Shown here: positions 58,701-64,000 of the stretch, in pieces | Numbering within the stretch: the stretch's first letter is position 1 | How the letters are laid out: every line of letters begins with the position of its first letter | Source: Ancylonema sp. | Taxonomy: Eukaryota | Reading direction: 5' to 3' | Length of the DNA stretch: 64,000 nt | NCBI GenBank assembly: GCA_050230475.1 | Contig: JBFLGF010000156.1 | Span: 1-64,000 of the forward strand | The notes under the pieces: model-generated | Database searches by the model: none | Told to the model about the DNA's origin: nothing | What the model saw: the letters and a program-made list of their open reading frames with translations, nothing else | Made by a program: the position numbers and the translations under genes

Positions 58701-59814
58701 GTATATGATCTTGTCGACAAGCCAAAAGACAAAAAGGTGGTGAAATCGAAGTGGGTGTTCAGGGTAAAGACAAATGAGAAGGGGGAGGTAGAAAAATATA
58801 AGGCGAGGGTGGTGGCTAAGGGGTACAGCCAATAGAAGGGGTGGATTATGATCAGACTTTCAGCCCGACAGTCAGATTCGAGAGCATTCGCCAAATGGTA
58901 GCTTTGGGGGCGTCTAAGGGGTTGGAGATGCACCAAATGGACGTGACTACAGCTTTTCTTTATGCACCTCTTGATGAAGAGGTGTACATGCAGCAGCCGG
59001 AGGGTACGGTGCAGCCCGGGGATGAAGGAAAATTCATGAGGTTGCTGAAGTGCCTCTATGGGCTGAAGCAGTCCCCTCGTCAATGGAATCTGCTCATCGA
59101 TGCTGTTCTGACGCAGCTAGGTTTCACTCGACTGAAGTCTGATTTTGGGATTTATGTAAAGGGGGAGGGGGACGATGCGGTGTATATCGCTTTATATGTC
59201 GATGATCTTTTTCTGGTGGGGAGGAAGGTGGGGAGAATTCAGGAGGTGAAGGATGGACTGTGTTCACAGTTCAAGATGAAAGACTTGGGGGAGGCAAAGT
59301 AAGTTTGGGATAGAAATCAGGAGCAGCCAAATGGGATGTGTTCTTGGTGCGGAGCGGTATGCTCGGGATGTCGTGCATCGTTTAATATGGGGGTTGCAAG
59401 TCTGTGTCGCACCTTTGGAGCTGGGGAGCAGCTCGATAGTCTCAGCAGCCATCTGATGATGAGGAAGGGGGTGAGGAGGGAGAGCATTCCTTCTTATAGG
59501 TCTGCAATTGGGAGCTCTTGATGTATTATCTTGCAACGTGCACTCGACGACCTGATGATCTTGTTGCAGCTGCTGTCTCTGAGGAGCTTAGCAAGTTCAG
59601 TCAAAATCAAGGGCTTGCACATTGGGAGGGGGTGAAGAGGGTCCTCAGATATGTGAGTAGTACTGTTGGGGATGGGCTCCTGTACAAAAGGGGTTCACAG
59701 ATCGAGGTATGGTGATACTCGGATGCTGGACATGCAGGGGATCATGAGACATCCAAGGGGAGAAGTGGCTATGTCTTTATGAGTGCTGGAGCAGCGATCA
59801 GTTGGAGGAGTTCT

Positions 59815-60462
59815 TGTGAGATATAAGTGCTGCAACAGTCTTGTATATTAATGTTAGTGTTTGGTTTTAGTTGTAGTTGGCCAAAGTTGCCTATTTAGTT
59901 GTTCGGGTACTTGTGTTGGTTTGGTGTTGGTTTTGGTTTTATGCACGTGTGCGTATGTGTATATGAAATGAGATACATGAATGTTGTGACTCTATCAAAG
60001 TAGCTTAGAATTGTGACGCGTGTATTTTGGATCGAAATGGTTCGCGTATTTTGTATCGGTAAAATCAGTGTTAGTGACAACGTGGCGACGACGCTAATTT
60101 GAATGGCGCGCGCGATATGATATTTGAAGTTGGTGTGAACGGTTTAGATTGATCGTTCGATGACTCAAGGTCATTTAGTCTTAAAATATCTGACCTGACT
60201 TAGCTAGGTGACAAATTGGACTTGTGTTTGGCTAAAGAGATCTAGATTTGCTTCCGGACAACTATAGAGACGTTTCTTCTCCGGTATTGATTTTTCACTT
60301 GCTTTATGAGAAAGAAGCTTCGTCTATGTGATGCGCCATATGGTGTATGTGTACAATGAGTATGTGAATGAGTTATTGCGCATCTGAGTAAAGTTGAGTT
60401 TGGGTCCGAGTTGAGTCTAAAGATTTTAGAGTTGAGTTAAGTGGACGTCTCTATGGCGTCCA
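59815..60462 (+). repeat. 3' LTR of the copia element
   Basis: TGTGAGATATAAG...GGCGTCCA, homologous to the 5' LTR with several indels and substitutions. Confidence 0.92.
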
Positions 60463-61034
60463 TTCGGCACTACATGTCGGCTCGGTTATTTGACGGGAGT
60501 ACATGCGGGGGTACAGTACTATAGGAGTTATTCGTTCTGAGGGTATGTGTCACACTGAACATGTGATATGTCGGTCGTCCATATGTAGTGATTGTGCGGC
60601 GTATTTTACTAGTTTCGTTTCGCGATAGAACGCTTTGCTATTGTAGTAATGAAGAACGCCATGGTTGCTCCGCCATTGACGTCATCACTCTTGGAGGAAG
60701 TTGCCATTAGCTTGTTGGCGACCAAATGTGGGTCCATATACATTTCTGATACAATTGATTGCATGCAGCAACACCACGTGAGGAGCAGTATTGTCAAGAC
60801 AAGCTCATAGTATTTGTTTGAAGTAATGACAAGGCCCTTGGTGCTGCATTGTTGATATATACATATACATGCACTCGGGGCCATAGATAGATTAAGCTAG
60901 CAATGCAACTAGACGGTAGGGGTCGCTCTGTGTCAGCCATGCATTGTATGTTGTTATACAAGTGATTAGGTGCCGTCGGTAGGAGAATACTTGGCTAAGA
61001 ATTGATTAGCAAGTATGTCGGTCGGCCAGCCAGA

Positions 61035-62140
61035 TTAGCGGTGCCGCAAAACGATCGTAGGCTGCTAGACAGCGAAAAAAGTATGCAATTTGTCATCTTT
61101 GTACTCAGACCTCATTTGGTCTTTGTACACCTCGTGAACCGCTGTCAATTTTACTTTGAAATTATTGTTTAATCTACATTTGAGTTCGGCTCGTGATTCT
61201 GTACTTTGTGCATACTTTGAACAAGTTGAATGTGCATTTGAATGTAACTCTTGCAGTCGATATCGATACACACAAAACCACAGTATTTACACTCATTCAA
61301 GTTTCGAACACTTCACGTTCAGGCCAAAGCATTGCCTTGCCATAAGGCAGACTCAGTAAATAACATTAGGTATGCTTCGTAGATTAGTGAAGTGCTGGCA
61401 ATGGCCATTTGTTATCTCGCATGAGTATGGTGCGGATCTCGATTAGACCATAGAACACGTGTATGCGGACACGTGTAAAGTTAAGTAGCGTTTCGCACGT
61501 GTACAGTGCATTTAATGATGATGTTCGTTATAACGATATGATGGCACGTGAGAGTGTGACACGATGCTAGAGGGCAGGACACTAATAATTCGGTTAGCTA
61601 GGCGGCGCCACAAACGATCCTAACTGTTTTGGCGGCTCGAAACTGTAGAAGTTATAACTTTCACACTCTAGCCTCTTTCAATTAAAGTGCACCTCGGGGA
61701 TCGTTGACCTTTTTGCACTCGCAAACGTGTGTATTTAAAAAAATTCGGCTCGCATGTGATTGCGCATTCTTTGATCCATTGGAATGTGCATTTGATTGTA
61801 TAATCTGCATTCAAGATAGATATAGCAAACAACAGACTTTGGAACAACCTAATGCTTCGGACACGTTACGTCCAGGCCATAGCATAGCCTCGCCATGGGG
61901 TGGACTAGTTATTTACAATTGGAAGGCCTTAGGTACTAGTGAGGTGTTGGTGGGGGCCATTAATTGTATTGCATGAGTATGATGCGGATCTGGACTAGAT
62001 CATGTAGCACGTGTGAGCGGACACGTGTGTGGTGAAGTAGCGTTTCGCACGAGTGTGGTGCATTTAACGATGAGGTTCGTTAGAACGATACGAGAAAGAC
62101 ACGTGTGAGTGTGAAACGATGTTGGATGACACGATAATAG
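61035..62140. repeat. Diverged direct tandem repeat, two units of about 560 bp
   Basis: Collinear shared blocks (aaacgatc, ttcggctcg, gaatgtgcatttga.tgta, caggcca.agcat.gcct.gccat, gcatgagtatg.tgcggatct, gcggacacgtgt, aagtagcgtttcgcacg, gtgcatttaa) at about 560-bp spacing. Confidence 0.8.
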
Positions 62141-64000
62141 CTTTATTATGTTAAAAAAAAGAAAAGCCGTATGCGTAGTTTATGTTTCGTTTATTTTGTA
62201 TCCTTTGTCTAATCAGTTTTGATAGGGAGATTCATACAGGATTCAGTTGGCTGCACACTCATGAACTGCTTCTACTAGTGTATGCAAGATCATATGTGAC
62301 ATAGTAAACGTCATTGAATTGAAAATTCAATGATAAATCTAGACATGATGGATCTGGTCACATACACTACTGTTATTTAAGTTGAACTCCATGGTTTAAA
62401 GCGATCTAAATCTCAGTAACAATTTATGAATTGCACCTAGTCACATGCCAAGCGAGAGCTTCATAATCGCAATATGAAACAAGTTGCTGACATGATTGGA
62501 TTATTGGAATCGAGACGAGAAATATGTACGTAAAAACGCATGTTACATCACTTTGACTTCGGAGCTTTGATGTATAGCTATTCAATAGCCTAACAAAAAG
62601 TACATCAGTAACGTGCAAAGTTGGAGCTTCGTAAAACGGTATGAAATCAGTTGGTGCCATGATTAGCATTGAGGCTTAAAAATATATACAGGCGTGGAGT
62701 ACCTTGTCGCATATGAGCATGTTACTTGACGTTTACTTTAAGGTATGCAGGGACTGTAAATGCTGTAAATTAACTGTACTGTAGTGTACTGTACTGTAAA
62801 TGCTACTGACGTACTATGAACTATTAACTGTGTCTAATCCTATGCAAAGCTCGGGCTACGGAATCGCATCATGAAATAAGTTAATGATAATGAAGACATG
62901 ATAGGCATGGAGAAAAATAAATACAGGCGTAAAGGATCTGGTCAGTTAAACGCAAATGATGTTGAGTTTGACTTTAAAGCTACAGAGACTGCAAATTTCA
63001 GAAGACTCATGAATCGCATCTACCCACATTTGGAGCTCCGATATTTTCCAGCCCGTGGAGGAATCGAACCTCGCGGTAGGTGCTTTATGCACCACCACAC
63101 CAGTGGGGCTTTTCTTACTTCTTCCCCTAATCGAACAAAGTTTACCTCCACTTATTTACAATCACCACCTCGAGACCTTTCCATGTCCCAATTGCCGTGC
63201 GACATCTCTCACGCCGGTTTGCATCGCTAGTCCGACCTCTCACCAGAAAGCCACGAATCGCCACGAATTGGCTGTTTAAAATTGTCATTGCAGTTCGCGG
63301 ATCGGTGTGTTATCTCAGCGCACCAGCAGCGACGACTCAGGAAAATGCTCTGTGCTTCGCGTTGCATGCGGCCGTCGTTAGATAAAAATAAAGATAAAAA
63401 TCAGCAGGTGCGCTGCAGTACAGTGTGTGTGAGTACAAGGCAAGGCAGAGCAGTGTATTCTTCAGCAGCGCACTGCAGAGGCGCAATAACCGTTCGCATA
63501 CGTCGCATCTGTGAGGAACATCCTTGAGAAGTGCCTGAGATCAGTGGTGAGAGATGGCTGAAAACATGCCCGGTGCGAGCTCGATTCAGGTGTGGAACTA
63601 GATTGCGCGAAAAAATAATTGGTTGCGCGAGTGAAAGTCGTCATTTTACACGCGAGAGAAATTCACCGCGAGGGTACCACGTCAACCGAACTCGATTGAC
63701 ATTCAGCAAACTGAGCGTGACCGTAAATCGCCGAAAAATCAGTTCTCTGATGGAGAATGGAACCGACACGACGTGTGCAGCTGTAGTGCGTGGTCACACA
63801 TGATGCTCTCAGTGGTGCATCAACCTACGATCTACAGAGGGCGGAGGTGATGGCGGTGTATGTTTCTGACTGCCGTTGGCTCTCACCCGATGCCGGGGCT
63901 GCCTACCTTACTCTCGCGACGGAGGGCTGGCATGCATTGCTTTAGTGATAAGTTACGGGCCAACGTCTCCCCCTCCATCGAACGTGCCAGCCAGCTCTCC

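Larger units (their letters stand above)
55127..60462 (+). mobile_element. Degenerate Ty1/copia LTR retrotransposon
   Basis: Two LTRs. PBS TGGTATCAGAGCC. Gag with zinc knuckles CFRYGEAHHWSREC and CTWCGGVGHIEQTC, protease WVCDSGADYHM, LLHKRLGH, integrase LIHTDIAGP..IVDDFSR, RT KARVVAKGYSQ, DVTTAFL and YVDDL, and the start of RNase H (SDAGHAGD). INT precedes RT. Many frameshifts and stops. Confidence 0.96.

Noticed and set aside
63380..63560. Cys/His pattern reminiscent of a BED zinc finger (decayed hAT transposase)
   Set aside because: It needs frame switching to assemble, and no TIR or transposase core is visible in the window.

Overview
Eukaryotic, intron-rich nuclear DNA from a green plant lineage. 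The RLK/Pelle kinase, DUF1218, strictosidine-synthase-like and HVA22 families indicate a streptophyte, and the 12-exon HSP70 suggests an alga rather than a seed plant (inference). Genes, in order: an RLK/Pelle kinase (probably 5'-partial), a DUF1218 membrane protein, two prefoldin-2 copies, an LRR-like orphan, a large LSMT-type SET gene that appears to hold two tandem SET+substrate-binding modules, a YAE1-like gene, a cytosolic HSP70 with a heat-shock element, then a tandemly repeated HSP70(partial)-TTC1-SSL block whose ends are identical but whose middles are diverged, and an HVA22-like gene. Mobile and repetitive DNA includes a degenerate Ty1/copia element whose gag ATG lies inside the LTR, a MITE, microsatellites and diverged repeats. 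Exon models were read by eye from GT-AG sites and reading frame. No searches were run. Both duplications show signs that they may be divergent haplotypes or homeologs placed in tandem by the assembly.
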